A DNA stretch of 64,000 nucleotides from a virus (taxonomy: Duplodnaviria > Heunggongvirae > Uroviricota > Caudoviricetes). Positions 9,260-18,834 of the stretch are shown piece after piece. The notes beneath the pieces were generated by a model, which had not been told where the DNA came from, ran no database searches, and saw only the letters and a program-made list of their open reading frames with translations. The stretch is from positions 61,430-125,429 of the IMG/VR virus record IMGVR_UViG_3300029305_004950; one strand, written 5' to 3'. The position numbers and the translations under genes are program-made. Within the stretch, counting starts at the first letter, position 1, and every line of letters begins with the position of its first letter.

Positions 9260-9644
9260 AGAAATGATTGCTAAAAGATTCATGTTAGAATTAGAAATGG
9301 GATTATTTTATGAAGATAAAAAGGATAGATTGTTTATATTTTCTTTAGAAAATAAACATCAAATGCAAATTTTAAATGAGATTTTAGAAGATGCTAAATA
9401 TGAATATGAGTTTGAATATAAGTTTCCTAAACATTATCTATTTTCAAATAGTTTATTAGAAATAGATACAATATCTAAAAGTTATCATTTTGAAGTATTA
9501 AAATTTGTAATTGAATTGATGAAAAATAAATCAACTCATACAATAAATGAACTTCCTAGTTATATAAACGACTATAAACCAGAAGAAAGAGGAGAATTAC
9601 CAATTTATATAGGAGAAGATGGTTATATAATAAGTGAGGAATAG
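9252..9644 (+). CDS. family B member 3
   Basis: IAKRFMLELEMG ... NELPSY. Confidence 0.85.
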   Translation: MTKEMIAKRFMLELEMGLFYEDKKDRLFIFSLENKHQMQILNEILEDAKYEYEFEYKFPKHYLFSNSLLEIDTISKSYHFEVLKFVIELMKNKSTHTINELPSYINDYKPEERGELPIYIGEDGYIISEE

Positions 9645-9647
9645 ATT

Positions 9648-9992
9648 ATGACTAAAGAAGAAGTTATTAAAAGACTTAGATTTGACTTAGAAATTGGTGC
9701 TTTTAAATCAGCTTTTAATGATAATACATATTATTTTGATATATACAATCAACCAACTAAATTGAATATATTTTTAGAATTATTAGCTTTAACAGGATTA
9801 AAATTTGATAACATAATGAATGTTGAAATTGTACAAGGTATTGTAGTAGATATGGATGATAAAGATTTTGGTTATTGGGGTGATTCACTTAATTATGTAT
9901 CTACTACACCTAGCTTTAGTAAACTCTTAAATGAAATTCCTAAATATGTTTATGAATACTTAGACTCAAAAGGAGTAAACTATAATGACTAA
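9648..9992 (+). CDS. family B member 4
   Basis: IKRLRFDLEIG ... NEIPKY. Confidence 0.85.
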   Translation: MTKEEVIKRLRFDLEIGAFKSAFNDNTYYFDIYNQPTKLNIFLELLALTGLKFDNIMNVEIVQGIVVDMDDKDFGYWGDSLNYVSTTPSFSKLLNEIPKYVYEYLDSKGVNYND

Positions 9993-10296
9993 TGAAGAAA
10001 TTTTAAAAAGATTTGAATTTGATTTAAGAATGGGTAGATTTAAATCAGTAAACAATCTAAAAGTAAAAAATGTTTATGCTTTTAGATTAGCTAGGTTATC
10101 TGAATTTCTTTTACTATCTAAGATTTTAGATAAACTTGGTTTTACTAGTAATAACTTTCAACCTATGCATACTAATAAAGGAATTTCTATAAAAGTAGAT
10201 GATAAGATATATTGGACTTATCAAATCGATTTAAACGAAATTAATGATGACGAAAATAAACTACCAGAATATTGTAAAAGGTATAAATATGACTAA
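9985..10296 (+). CDS. family B member 5
   Basis: LKRFEFDLRMG ... NKLPEY. Confidence 0.85.
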   Translation: MTNEEILKRFEFDLRMGRFKSVNNLKVKNVYAFRLARLSEFLLLSKILDKLGFTSNNFQPMHTNKGISIKVDDKIYWTYQIDLNEINDDENKLPEYCKRYKYD

Positions 10297-10621
10297 TGAA
10301 GAAATCATTAAAAGATTTACATTTGATCTAGAATTAGGAGTATTTGAAAGAAAGAATAGAAATAATTGCTGTATTTACTATTTTAATATACCTGATAAAA
10401 ATGGACTTGATCTAATATCTAGTATTTTAGATGATATGAATTTTTACTATTATGAATATTTCTATGATAATACAATTGAAAATAATGTAACACCAACTAT
10501 ACTTATTGTAAATCTAACAGTTAAAAACTACTATTTCAATAGTTACATCTACTATAGTAAATATAACAAATTACCAGAGTATCTATATGATTATAAAGGA
10601 GTTAGAGAATTTAATGGATAA
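10289..10621 (+). CDS. family B member 6 (start revised to 10289)
   Basis: IKRFTFDLELG ... NKLPEY. Confidence 0.85.
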   Translation: MTNEEIIKRFTFDLELGVFERKNRNNCCIYYFNIPDKNGLDLISSILDDMNFYYYEYFYDNTIENNVTPTILIVNLTVKNYYFNSYIYYSKYNKLPEYLYDYKGVREFNG

Positions 10622-10901
10622 CAAAGGTTTAATTCCTATTGCAACTAACATATCCAGTTATGGTACTAATGACAGAAGAGAAGTAATCTTCAGTTGTCCT
10701 GTCTGTGATACATCTTTCAAATACTATCATCGTAAAGAAAAGTTTTGTCATAATTGTGGACAAAAGATAAATTGGGATGATGTGGAGTATGATACTATAG
10801 TTGATCCAGTTTTGATTAAAGCATGTATGAATAATCTTAAAAAAGTAAATGAAACACTTCATAAGATCAATGTACTTAATCATGGAAAGAGTGATGATTA
10901 G
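10614..10901 (+). CDS. double zinc-ribbon phage protein (start revised to 10614)
   Basis: CPVC ... CHNCGQKINW. Confidence 0.75.
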   Translation: MDNKGLIPIATNISSYGTNDRREVIFSCPVCDTSFKYYHRKEKFCHNCGQKINWDDVEYDTIVDPVLIKACMNNLKKVNETLHKINVLNHGKSDD

Positions 10902-10904
10902 AAT

Positions 10905-11246
10905 ATGACAGATAATGAAAGAATTGCTAAAAGATTTGAATTTGATTTAACAATGGGTTTGTTTAAACCAATTAATTCAAGATTGAATGCATTTAAATCA
11001 GTAGACACAAATGATGATACCTATATTTTTATTATACATGAAAAATCTGATTATATCAGATTCTCTAAAGTACTAGAATCAATTGGATTTAAAGTACGAC
11101 ATATGTCTTTTAATTTTCCACTTACTAAAGGAATTACTATAAGTCTAAAGGATAAAAATTTTTGGACTTTTCAACGCAGTTATAGAACTAATCCTTTTGT
11201 TAGTGAAAATAAGTTACCTGATTATATCAAGGAGTATAAACTATGA
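10905..11246 (+). CDS. family B member 7
   Basis: IAKRFEFDLTMG ... NKLPDY. Confidence 0.85.
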   Translation: MTDNERIAKRFEFDLTMGLFKPINSRLNAFKSVDTNDDTYIFIIHEKSDYIRFSKVLESIGFKVRHMSFNFPLTKGITISLKDKNFWTFQRSYRTNPFVSENKLPDYIKEYKL

Positions 11247-11569
11247 CTAATGAAGAAATTCTAAAACGATTTAGCTTTGATTTAGAAATAGGGGCATTTA
11301 ATTCATTTTCATATTTCAATGACTTTATGCTATTTGATCTAAGAAATACTGAAAAAGATACTGGTTTGAGATTATACAAAGTACTATGTAAATTAGGTTA
11401 TAAACCCATTTCGTATGATCTAAATCTAAATTTCTTAGATAGTTACTGTTTTGTGTCTTTAAGTACAAAACAGAAGTGTTTTGAATTTGAGCATTACCAA
11501 TCAATCTACATAGGACTTTATGCAAGTGCTAATCCAATTCCAAAATACGTTTTAGAATATATATTCTAA
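11243..11569 (+). CDS. family B member 8
   Basis: LKRFSFDLEIG ... NPIPKY. Confidence 0.85.
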   Translation: MTNEEILKRFSFDLEIGAFNSFSYFNDFMLFDLRNTEKDTGLRLYKVLCKLGYKPISYDLNLNFLDSYCFVSLSTKQKCFEFEHYQSIYIGLYASANPIPKYVLEYIF

Positions 11570-11610
11570 CTACAGTATTTTAAATAACATAAAGGAGAGT
11601 TTATTCAATC

Positions 11611-12573
11611 ATGGATAATGAAACTAGAGATCTACATTTTAGTATACAAGGAGAATTCATTACTAAAGTGGCTAAAGAATGGATGTTCATTGATCTTAAA
11701 CCATATAAAGTAGTAGAAGATTTACTACTATCTTGTATGACTGGTACTGACCATACACAAGCACAGTTAAAGATCAATGTTCAGAATATTCTATTAGGTA
11801 GAGCTGAACTAAGAGGAAGATCTGATAGTGACGATTATGGATTAGTAAATCTAGAAGATGAGAAAGATCTAAACGATAACAACATCTTTACTGCATTTGG
11901 AGACTTAGCACAAAAGTACAGAGAAGTAAAGAAAGAACTATCTGAAATTACTCATAAATACGAAGATTTAGTAGAATGTTTGGAGAACTGGGAAGAAGAT
12001 GAACTAGATACTAGTTATCTTGATGATACTTTATTAAAGAGAACTCTACTAAAGATTAAGCTAAAATACGATCCTTTTGATGAAGAAACTAACACACAAT
12101 GGAATAAAACTTATTTCAACACTGGTAATTCTTTAGTAGACTCTTATATCAAAGCTACTAAGAATGATGTTAAGTATGGTTGGTTGGATCCAGAAGGTAA
12201 GTTCTATGAAGTAGAATTTGGTGAACATCAAGCTTGGCCTTACATCTGTATTTGTGATAAAGCTGAATCAAGAGATGGAACACTTAGAAGAAGGGTAAGA
12301 GATTCAGAAACTGTCGATTTATCTCATTACTATAATGAACTATTAGAATACTTTGAAAAAGAAAATCACAGACTTACTATTGATAGTGCTTGTGCTGATT
12401 TCCTAGTTCATAAGGGTTGGGTGTTACTACATAATCCTTCAATGGGTATTCCAGTACTAGATAATTATACTATCCAAGGTTTAACTAAAGCACAGAGAGA
12501 ATTCATGTTTGATTACTATATGGCAATTGATGAAGAAAAGAAAGCAAATGAACTATACAAAGATATTGACTAA
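11611..12573 (+). CDS. hypothetical protein
   Basis: 320-aa ORF, AAGGAG RBS, GWLDPEG..FGEH motif. Confidence 0.85.
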   Translation: MDNETRDLHFSIQGEFITKVAKEWMFIDLKPYKVVEDLLLSCMTGTDHTQAQLKINVQNILLGRAELRGRSDSDDYGLVNLEDEKDLNDNNIFTAFGDLAQKYREVKKELSEITHKYEDLVECLENWEEDELDTSYLDDTLLKRTLLKIKLKYDPFDEETNTQWNKTYFNTGNSLVDSYIKATKNDVKYGWLDPEGKFYEVEFGEHQAWPYICICDKAESRDGTLRRRVRDSETVDLSHYYNELLEYFEKENHRLTIDSACADFLVHKGWVLLHNPSMGIPVLDNYTIQGLTKAQREFMFDYYMAIDEEKKANELYKDID

Positions 12574-12594
12574 AACTAACTGGAGATTTTAGTT

Positions 12595-13119
12595 ATGGAT
12601 TTACTTAAAGATTTTTCATCTTATATGATTTCAGCAGTAGTATTTACTATTGTTATGAATTGGAAACATATTTTAGCTTACTTTCAAGTTAAAAAGAAGT
12701 GTAAAGAAAGCATTAAAAGATTTGAATTTGACTTAGGAGTAGGGTTATTCAAACAAGTCAAAGTAAAAGATAATGAAATATACTTCTTTAAACTTGACAT
12801 GGTTGGTAAAAATGGACTAAATAAAGAATTAGCATTATTTGTTAAAGTATTAACCAAGTTAGGCTATACTATGTCTAAAGAATGTTGGTTTCATGGATGG
12901 AAACTTACATTTAATAATCTAGCACATATTAAAAGAGACTGTATTGGAATCAATAAAACAACTAAAACATTTTGGATTTATGAATTAATGACAGATAAGA
13001 TTACTTATTCTGATGTATATTCCATTGTAAATGCTGATGAAGATTTTATGATATGCTATAATAAAAATGAGAATGAATTACCTGAATATTTCAGAATGAA
13101 AAAAAAAGGAGGTAATTAA
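12595..13119 (+). CDS. family B member 9 with N-terminal transmembrane segment
   Basis: hydrophobic N-terminus, then IKRFEFDLGVG ... NELPEY. Confidence 0.8.
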   Translation: MDLLKDFSSYMISAVVFTIVMNWKHILAYFQVKKKCKESIKRFEFDLGVGLFKQVKVKDNEIYFFKLDMVGKNGLNKELALFVKVLTKLGYTMSKECWFHGWKLTFNNLAHIKRDCIGINKTTKTFWIYELMTDKITYSDVYSIVNADEDFMICYNKNENELPEYFRMKKKGGN

Positions 13120-13121
13120 AA

Positions 13122-13496
13122 ATGATGAATGAAAAAGTTGAACAGCTAGCTAGAGACATTTACGACTGGGTTATTGAAAAAGAAATGTGGGATGACATCT
13201 GTATTTACTTTAATGGTAAAGCATGGGCATCATGGGATGATTGGAAAGATGTAAAAGGAAAGAAGATTGATAAAGATTTGTATGAATATAAGGATAAAGA
13301 CCCTAAAAAGTATTTTGAATGGGTCGCAGATCCTCATATTCTTTCTATGTCTTTTGAAGGAACTTTGAATCATGTATTGAATGGATATCTTAGTTGTAGT
13401 GATACCTATGTAAATAGTTTTGAGAAGCTATTTAAGAAGTATGGTATGTATTATGAAATGGGAGATAGTTGGAATCTAACAGTAGCTTTAGAGTAA
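13122..13496 (+). CDS. hypothetical protein
   Basis: AAGGAGGT RBS, 124-aa ORF. Confidence 0.8.
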   Translation: MMNEKVEQLARDIYDWVIEKEMWDDICIYFNGKAWASWDDWKDVKGKKIDKDLYEYKDKDPKKYFEWVADPHILSMSFEGTLNHVLNGYLSCSDTYVNSFEKLFKKYGMYYEMGDSWNLTVALE

Positions 13497-13599
13497 TAAA
13501 GGTGATTCAATGAATAAGAAATTTGAATTTGATCTAGTAATGTCTGATCCTGGTGAAGCTTTATCTAGAATTATTAAAGAAGCAGGTTATACTCCTAGA
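13493..13599 (+). repeat. 107-bp perfect direct repeat, copy 1
   Basis: identical to 13860-13966; covers RBS and first 30 codons. Confidence 0.95.
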
Positions 13600-13863
13600 G
13601 TGGTGGCAACTAACCCTAATGGAGATTGTACTATTATAACTGAAGAGATAGCTAAATCTAAAGGAGATGTTTTTGAATTTCTTCATAAAGTAAATAAAGT
13701 AGCTAATATTGATTTATTCGTTTATAGAATTATTGATACTGATGATAGGGAATTTAACTATCGTACTACTGATAATAGATTTAGTGGATTAATCTATTTT
13801 GATGGAATAGTTGATAATGCTAGATTTATGTTAGAATACTCTAGCAAAGGTATATTATGGTAA
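13510..13863 (+). CDS. duplicated MNKKFEFDL protein, copy 1
   Basis: N-terminus identical to 13877 ORF. Confidence 0.85.
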   Translation: MNKKFEFDLVMSDPGEALSRIIKEAGYTPRVVATNPNGDCTIITEEIAKSKGDVFEFLHKVNKVANIDLFVYRIIDTDDREFNYRTTDNRFSGLIYFDGIVDNARFMLEYSSKGILW

Positions 13864-13966
13864 TAAAGGTGATTCAATGAATAAGAAATTTGAATTTGAT
13901 CTAGTAATGTCTGATCCTGGTGAAGCTTTATCTAGAATTATTAAAGAAGCAGGTTATACTCCTAGA
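13860..13966 (+). repeat. 107-bp perfect direct repeat, copy 2
   Basis: identical to 13493-13599. Confidence 0.95.
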
Positions 13967-14266
13967 ATGATAGCGAATAGTCCTATTGATAAGAGTTGTG
14001 TTATTATAACTGAAGAAATAGCTAATTCTGAAGAAGATGTTTTTGAGTTTATACGTAAAGTAAATGAAGTTGCTGATATAAATCTAGAAATATACGAAAT
14101 TAAATACGAAGATGTAACTTATACAGATGGGTCTACTAGATATCGTACTTCTGATGGAAAATTTCTTGGAATAGTTCATGTTGGTGGAACTGATGAATTA
14201 GGAAGAACTCCATCTGATGAAGATACTAGGTTTTTACTAAAATATTCTAGTAATGTTTGCATTTAA
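13877..14266 (+). CDS. duplicated MNKKFEFDL protein, copy 2
   Basis: paralog of 13510 ORF. Confidence 0.85.
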   Translation: MNKKFEFDLVMSDPGEALSRIIKEAGYTPRMIANSPIDKSCVIITEEIANSEEDVFEFIRKVNEVADINLEIYEIKYEDVTYTDGSTRYRTSDGKFLGIVHVGGTDELGRTPSDEDTRFLLKYSSNVCI

Positions 14267-14283
14267 AGGAGTGACTGATTAGT

Positions 14284-14559
14284 ATGAACATTGAACTAAA
14301 CGATGAAGAGGTTAAGAAATTAGTAGAAAAAACTATTCAAGAAAAAGTCAATAGTATGATTACTAAAACTGTAAAAGATTATACAAGTTTTTATCTCACT
14401 GATCAAAATCTACACATAATGTGCCAGAATGCTGTTAATAAAGCAATCAATGAAATTGCTCAAGCAGAATTTAGTACCATTATTGAAACTTTCAATAAGG
14501 AATCTTTTACAAGATTCATGGCATCCAAAATCTACGATTACCTCTTTGATAATTGCTAA
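14284..14559 (+). CDS. hypothetical helical protein
   Basis: AAGGAG RBS, 91 aa. Confidence 0.75.
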   Translation: MNIELNDEEVKKLVEKTIQEKVNSMITKTVKDYTSFYLTDQNLHIMCQNAVNKAINEIAQAEFSTIIETFNKESFTRFMASKIYDYLFDNC

Positions 14560-14606
14560 ACATATCCACTAATCAACACGAACACATAAAGAAAGGAAGA
14601 ACAAAC

Positions 14607-16877
14607 ATGTCAACTTTTAAGAAATCTACTATTACTCTAGCTGGCAAACCCCGTGATGTCCTTCTCATCAACTACAATAATGATGATACTACTGTAGAAA
14701 GTAAGACTATTGACAGAATGCATCATATCCACATTCTAGATAGATCTTATTCTATGTCTGGTAACATTGTTGGATTGATGGAAGATGTAAAGAAGACTTT
14801 TAGAGCTATTCCTGTAGGTGATTACATTTCTGTAGTATGGTTCTCTTCTGAAGGTCAGAATGGTGTTGTCATTAAGGGTTATAAAAAGACTGAGAATGAT
14901 GACTTTGCAGATGTAGATAGACTCATTGATTCTATTAAGCATTGTGTTGGTTGTACTTGTTTCCATGAACCTATGGATCTGGTTAAGTCTATCATTGATG
15001 AAATGAAGCCTCTGTGTCCTTATTACAATGTAACTCTATTTACTGATGGATGTTCTTGTTGCAATGTTCCTTCTTCTACTGATTACAACATGACTTATTC
15101 TGTTGCAAAGACTTTCAGTGAAGACATCATGGCACTGAATACTCTTGGCTATGGTTATTACTATGATAAGGAATTCCTGACTAAGCTAGCTGAAATTTCT
15201 GATTTCGGTAAGTATATCCATTCTTCCAATGTTAAGGAATACTCTCAGATCTTTACTCATAACTATGAACGAGTAAAGGATATGGTAGCAGAAAAGGTAG
15301 AACTAGAAATGCCTAACTGTGAGATTCTATATCTCAATAGTAAGTCTACTAAGATGGAAACTGGTGCAATGAATCTATCTTCTATTGAGAAGCGTAAGAA
15401 TCAGTTCTTGGTTATTCTACCTGAAGAAAATGACAAGCGTTTCAATATGAGTCTCAATGGTGAATTCATTGATTATACTAAGATGAAGTCTGGTAAGATC
15501 CTTGATTCTACTGTTCTAAATCTACAATATGCTTATGCTTATGAGAACTATTACAAGGGTAATAGAGAAGTATGTCTAGATGTTCTAAAGGATATCAAGG
15601 ACAAGTACTTCATTGATGAGCAGCTGAATGCATTTACTGTTGATGAAACTAGTAAGTTCATGAAGGTTCTGAATAAGGCAATCTTCAATAACAAGACTAG
15701 AATGAAGAATGGTGAAGCACCTGATAACTACATCCCTGCAGATGATGCTTTCTGTATCATGGATCTACTGAAGATTCTATCTGAGGAAGGAAATTTCTAT
15801 GTTCCTGACTTCAGTTCCTATAAGAGAATTGGTCTTCAGGTAGTAGATACTTTCAATCTGTTTACTCCTAAGAGAGACTATGAGATTCTAGCTCCTTTCA
15901 ATGACAATCTAGTTTTCAATAAGTCTAAGCTTAACATTTCTGTTAGATTCCTCAGAGATGGTACTGTAAACATTAATCCTAAGTCTGCTAAGAGAGTTGA
16001 TCTACCTGAAGTAGTTGATTCTAAGCAGTTCCAGTCTCATACCATCATTAAGGATGGTCATCTGAATATGGATAAGATCACTGTTAAGATCACTAAGGAA
16101 GCTTATGGTAAGATTGTAAACACTGAGCTTAATGAAGGAATTACTATTCTAAAGAATATTGACAGAAATGATGAAGCTATCTATGAGATTGACCTAACTA
16201 CACTTCCTGTTATCAATCGTCAGTATCTGAATGAATCTAGTATTGATAGAGTACTAGAACTAGTTAAGGAAAATACTGAACTAGAAATGGCACAGAAGGT
16301 ACTTAACTATCTAATTGCTAAGAATCCCATTAAGGACTATGTAGTTGAAAGTTCTACTGGTCTACCTGTTTATACTGATGAACAGGTTGAAGTTCTAAAG
16401 GAACATGGTTTGAATGATCATTTGACCTATGTAGGTGTAAATCGTAAGACTACTGAAAAGAATGAGAATGATTACTATGAAGCTAGAGAACTAGAATTCC
16501 AGCTTAAGGGTTGTTCTTCTATTCCTGCTATTGAAAAGGCTCTTGCAGATTATGACAAGGCAATTAGTAAGAGTAAAGAACCCAATTTCATGCCTAAGTA
16601 CATTCATAACTACATTATTGCAATCTATGATACTAGACTTATTAAAGGAATTACATGTGATTCTAAGGAAGAAAAGCAGATGTTGACTGATATGCTTAAG
16701 GATGTTAAGAATAAGCTTATCAACAATCGTATTGAACTCAACACTATCAAGATTGCTAAGGTTCTAACTAGCTCTTGGTGGGAAGGTCTAACTCTAGATA
16801 AGGATAAGTATACTTATACTGTTGATAATGATACTGTTATCATCAAGACCAGTTATGAAAAGGTATACTTCAGCTAA
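14607..16877 (+). CDS. von Willebrand factor A domain protein (start revised to 14607)
   Basis: MIDAS DRSYS, FTDG, TLGYG motifs; AAGAAAGG RBS. Confidence 0.85.
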   Translation: MSTFKKSTITLAGKPRDVLLINYNNDDTTVESKTIDRMHHIHILDRSYSMSGNIVGLMEDVKKTFRAIPVGDYISVVWFSSEGQNGVVIKGYKKTENDDFADVDRLIDSIKHCVGCTCFHEPMDLVKSIIDEMKPLCPYYNVTLFTDGCSCCNVPSSTDYNMTYSVAKTFSEDIMALNTLGYGYYYDKEFLTKLAEISDFGKYIHSSNVKEYSQIFTHNYERVKDMVAEKVELEMPNCEILYLNSKSTKMETGAMNLSSIEKRKNQFLVILPEENDKRFNMSLNGEFIDYTKMKSGKILDSTVLNLQYAYAYENYYKGNREVCLDVLKDIKDKYFIDEQLNAFTVDETSKFMKVLNKAIFNNKTRMKNGEAPDNYIPADDAFCIMDLLKILSEEGNFYVPDFSSYKRIGLQVVDTFNLFTPKRDYEILAPFNDNLVFNKSKLNISVRFLRDGTVNINPKSAKRVDLPEVVDSKQFQSHTIIKDGHLNMDKITVKITKEAYGKIVNTELNEGITILKNIDRNDEAIYEIDLTTLPVINRQYLNESSIDRVLELVKENTELEMAQKVLNYLIAKNPIKDYVVESSTGLPVYTDEQVEVLKEHGLNDHLTYVGVNRKTTEKNENDYYEARELEFQLKGCSSIPAIEKALADYDKAISKSKEPNFMPKYIHNYIIAIYDTRLIKGITCDSKEEKQMLTDMLKDVKNKLINNRIELNTIKIAKVLTSSWWEGLTLDKDKYTYTVDNDTVIIKTSYEKVYFS

Positions 16878-16889
16878 GTAAATCTTAAA

Positions 16890-16929
16890 AAGAGGTATCC
16901 TATTTGAATATAGGATACCTCTTACTTTA
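16890..16929 (+). terminator. intrinsic terminator
   Basis: 13-bp stem AAGAGGTATCCTA/TAGGATACCTCTT. Confidence 0.85.
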
Positions 16930-16955
16930 TACAAAAGAAGAAAGGAATTACAAAA

Positions 16956-17666
16956 ATGGATAAAGCATTTGATTTAATGGAGAACAGAGAAGTTGACATT
17001 AACTATGTAATGAAAAACAGTACTACTGGTAAGAAATCTAAGGATTTCAGATTTACTCATAAGTTCAAATGTCCAAATTGTAAACAACCAGTTATTGTAA
17101 AATCTGGTGAAACTAACTATTTTGCTCATAAATCTAATTCCAACGTATGTGATAGCTGGTATTCTAATGATAAAAGAACTGGATTGTTTGAGTTAGCTAT
17201 GAATGAAGGTAATGAAACATTTATTGATAGAAGAAAATCAATAATGGTAAATGGTATTACTCATGTAGCAAATCTGCATAATACTAAAACCAAGACAATT
17301 ATGTTATATATTAGTAAGTTTGGTAGCCTAAATTTTGATGAATTAAGAAAAAGAATCGAATTTTTTGCAAAGAATCGTAGAGTGATGGTTGTTTTTAATC
17401 TTGCTCATAAGGATTTAGAAAGAATTAAATCTTATAAAAATAAGTATTGTGCTTATGAAGAAAATATTGGAAGAAAGATTTTAAAATTGTTTGATTATGT
17501 AATTTCAAGTGATTTTTTGAATAGTTATAACGAAGTTAGAATCTTTTTAGATCTTAAAGAAAATCCTAACATTGCTGAGATTAATGATAGAGGAAGAAAA
17601 CAAAATGTAATATTCTTAGATGGTATGGATTATGAAGATTTTAAGTGTGAACTTGAAACTTGGTAA
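16956..17666 (+). CDS. CoiA-like protein with N-terminal zinc ribbon
   Basis: FKCPNCKQPVIVKSG..YFAHK..C is the CoiA N-terminal pattern. Confidence 0.6.
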   Translation: MDKAFDLMENREVDINYVMKNSTTGKKSKDFRFTHKFKCPNCKQPVIVKSGETNYFAHKSNSNVCDSWYSNDKRTGLFELAMNEGNETFIDRRKSIMVNGITHVANLHNTKTKTIMLYISKFGSLNFDELRKRIEFFAKNRRVMVVFNLAHKDLERIKSYKNKYCAYEENIGRKILKLFDYVISSDFLNSYNEVRIFLDLKENPNIAEINDRGRKQNVIFLDGMDYEDFKCELETW

Positions 17667-17701
17667 AAAGGTGAAACGAATTCAAAACTAGTCAATGAAT
17701 T

Positions 17702-17740
17702 AAAAAAAAGAAAGCTTCAATTAAGAAGCTTTCTTTTTTT
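17702..17740. terminator. bidirectional terminator
   Basis: AAAAAAAGAAAGCTTC/GAAGCTTTCTTTTTTT. Confidence 0.9.
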
Positions 17741-17742
17741 AT

Positions 17743-18231
17743 CTAAAAGATATGTTTTCCAGTTTCTTCATCCCAATCATCTGTCCATTCTGTTTTTTCA
17801 AAGAACTTACATTTACCATGATTACCCCAAACGGGATCATTACATTCTCTTTCCTTGATAGGAGTATTATTTCGTTCTTCATTCAAACACATACCATCGA
17901 TATTACCATCAGAATATTCACAATCCCAACAAGTATATCTTCTGGTTTTATTAAATGGACATGTAGTAGTTCCACTTAAATCAGTATGTAATTTACTAAT
18001 GTGTAGTAAATAAGGAAGTTTGATATGTAATCGATATTCAAAGAATCTGTGTACAGCAACAGAGAAATTATGGAATCTAAATCCTCCTTTACTATACTTA
18101 CATTTATCTCTACAATCACACCAACAGGAACTATAACAATAGTAGTCATGTCTTATAACGATTCCTTTAATCCTATTTCTTTTTTTAGGATCATTATTCA
18201 TTATATCACGATCAAAAAAGATTTCAAACAT
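17743..18231 (-). CDS. Cys-rich hypothetical protein (start revised to 18231)
   Basis: GGAG RBS before ATG 18231; many Cys. Confidence 0.7.
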   Translation of the reverse strand: MFEIFFDRDIMNNDPKKRNRIKGIVIRHDYYCYSSCWCDCRDKCKYSKGGFRFHNFSVAVHRFFEYRLHIKLPYLLHISKLHTDLSGTTTCPFNKTRRYTCWDCEYSDGNIDGMCLNEERNNTPIKERECNDPVWGNHGKCKFFEKTEWTDDWDEETGKHIF

Positions 18232-18418
18232 TGTATTTCTCCGCAATTCTGTTATATATGTCGTTAAGTTTACTTTCTCCTCCATTTTCTACAATAGTAA
18301 GTAAAGCATATACTTTCATTGCTTCAATTCTAACATCACTAGAATAATTAAATCCATCTCCATATTTTTCCATTGCAATCTTATATGCTTCTTTCTTAAG
18401 TTCTTTGATTTTTTCCAT
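18224..18418 (-). CDS. hypothetical protein
   Basis: AAGGAG RBS, codirectional operon. Confidence 0.7.
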   Translation of the reverse strand: MEKIKELKKEAYKIAMEKYGDGFNYSSDVRIEAMKVYALLTIVENGGESKLNDIYNRIAEKYNV

Positions 18419-18435
18419 TATAGTATCTTACTCCT

Positions 18436-18834
18436 TTATAAATCTCTTTCATCTTGAAGAATAAACTTTTGTACTTCAACTTTTACTCTTTCAATATGCT
18501 TAATGAACATTACAGATTCTTCTTCAGATAAAGATTCAATAGCTTTAATTAGCTCATAATCTTTACCATCATATATCATATCATTGATTAAATCTTTTGC
18601 TTTATTAAAAACACAATCAGTTCTATTCTTATATTCATGACCATTTAGATCAATATCTCTACCATTACCATAATCAGTCCAAACAGAACCTGTTATATCC
18701 CATGTACTATCTTCATTTTCTTTTTCTAAATCCTCTTTAAATAAAGCTATCCATTCTTCATATGGAAGTTCTTTACCATCTCTGTAATAATGCTCAATAT
18801 ATTCTGGAATTACAATCATAGTACTTCTCTCCAT
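18436..18834 (-). CDS. hypothetical acidic protein
   Basis: 132-aa ORF in operon. Confidence 0.75.
   Translation of the reverse strand: MERSTMIVIPEYIEHYYRDGKELPYEEWIALFKEDLEKENEDSTWDITGSVWTDYGNGRDIDLNGHEYKNRTDCVFNKAKDLINDMIYDGKDYELIKAIESLSEEESVMFIKHIERVKVEVQKFILQDERDL

Noticed and set aside
8559-13966. CRISPR-like repeat-spacer array suggested by the recurring ATGAC(T/A)AATGAA... starts
   Set aside because: The repeats are coding N-termini about 350 bp apart, degenerate and in frame with ORFs; no cas genes
13600-14100. Diversity-generating retroelement, suggested by A-biased differences between the duplicated genes
   Set aside because: The A is in either copy rather than one template, there are indels and some C/T changes, the DNA is A-rich, and no reverse transcriptase is in the window
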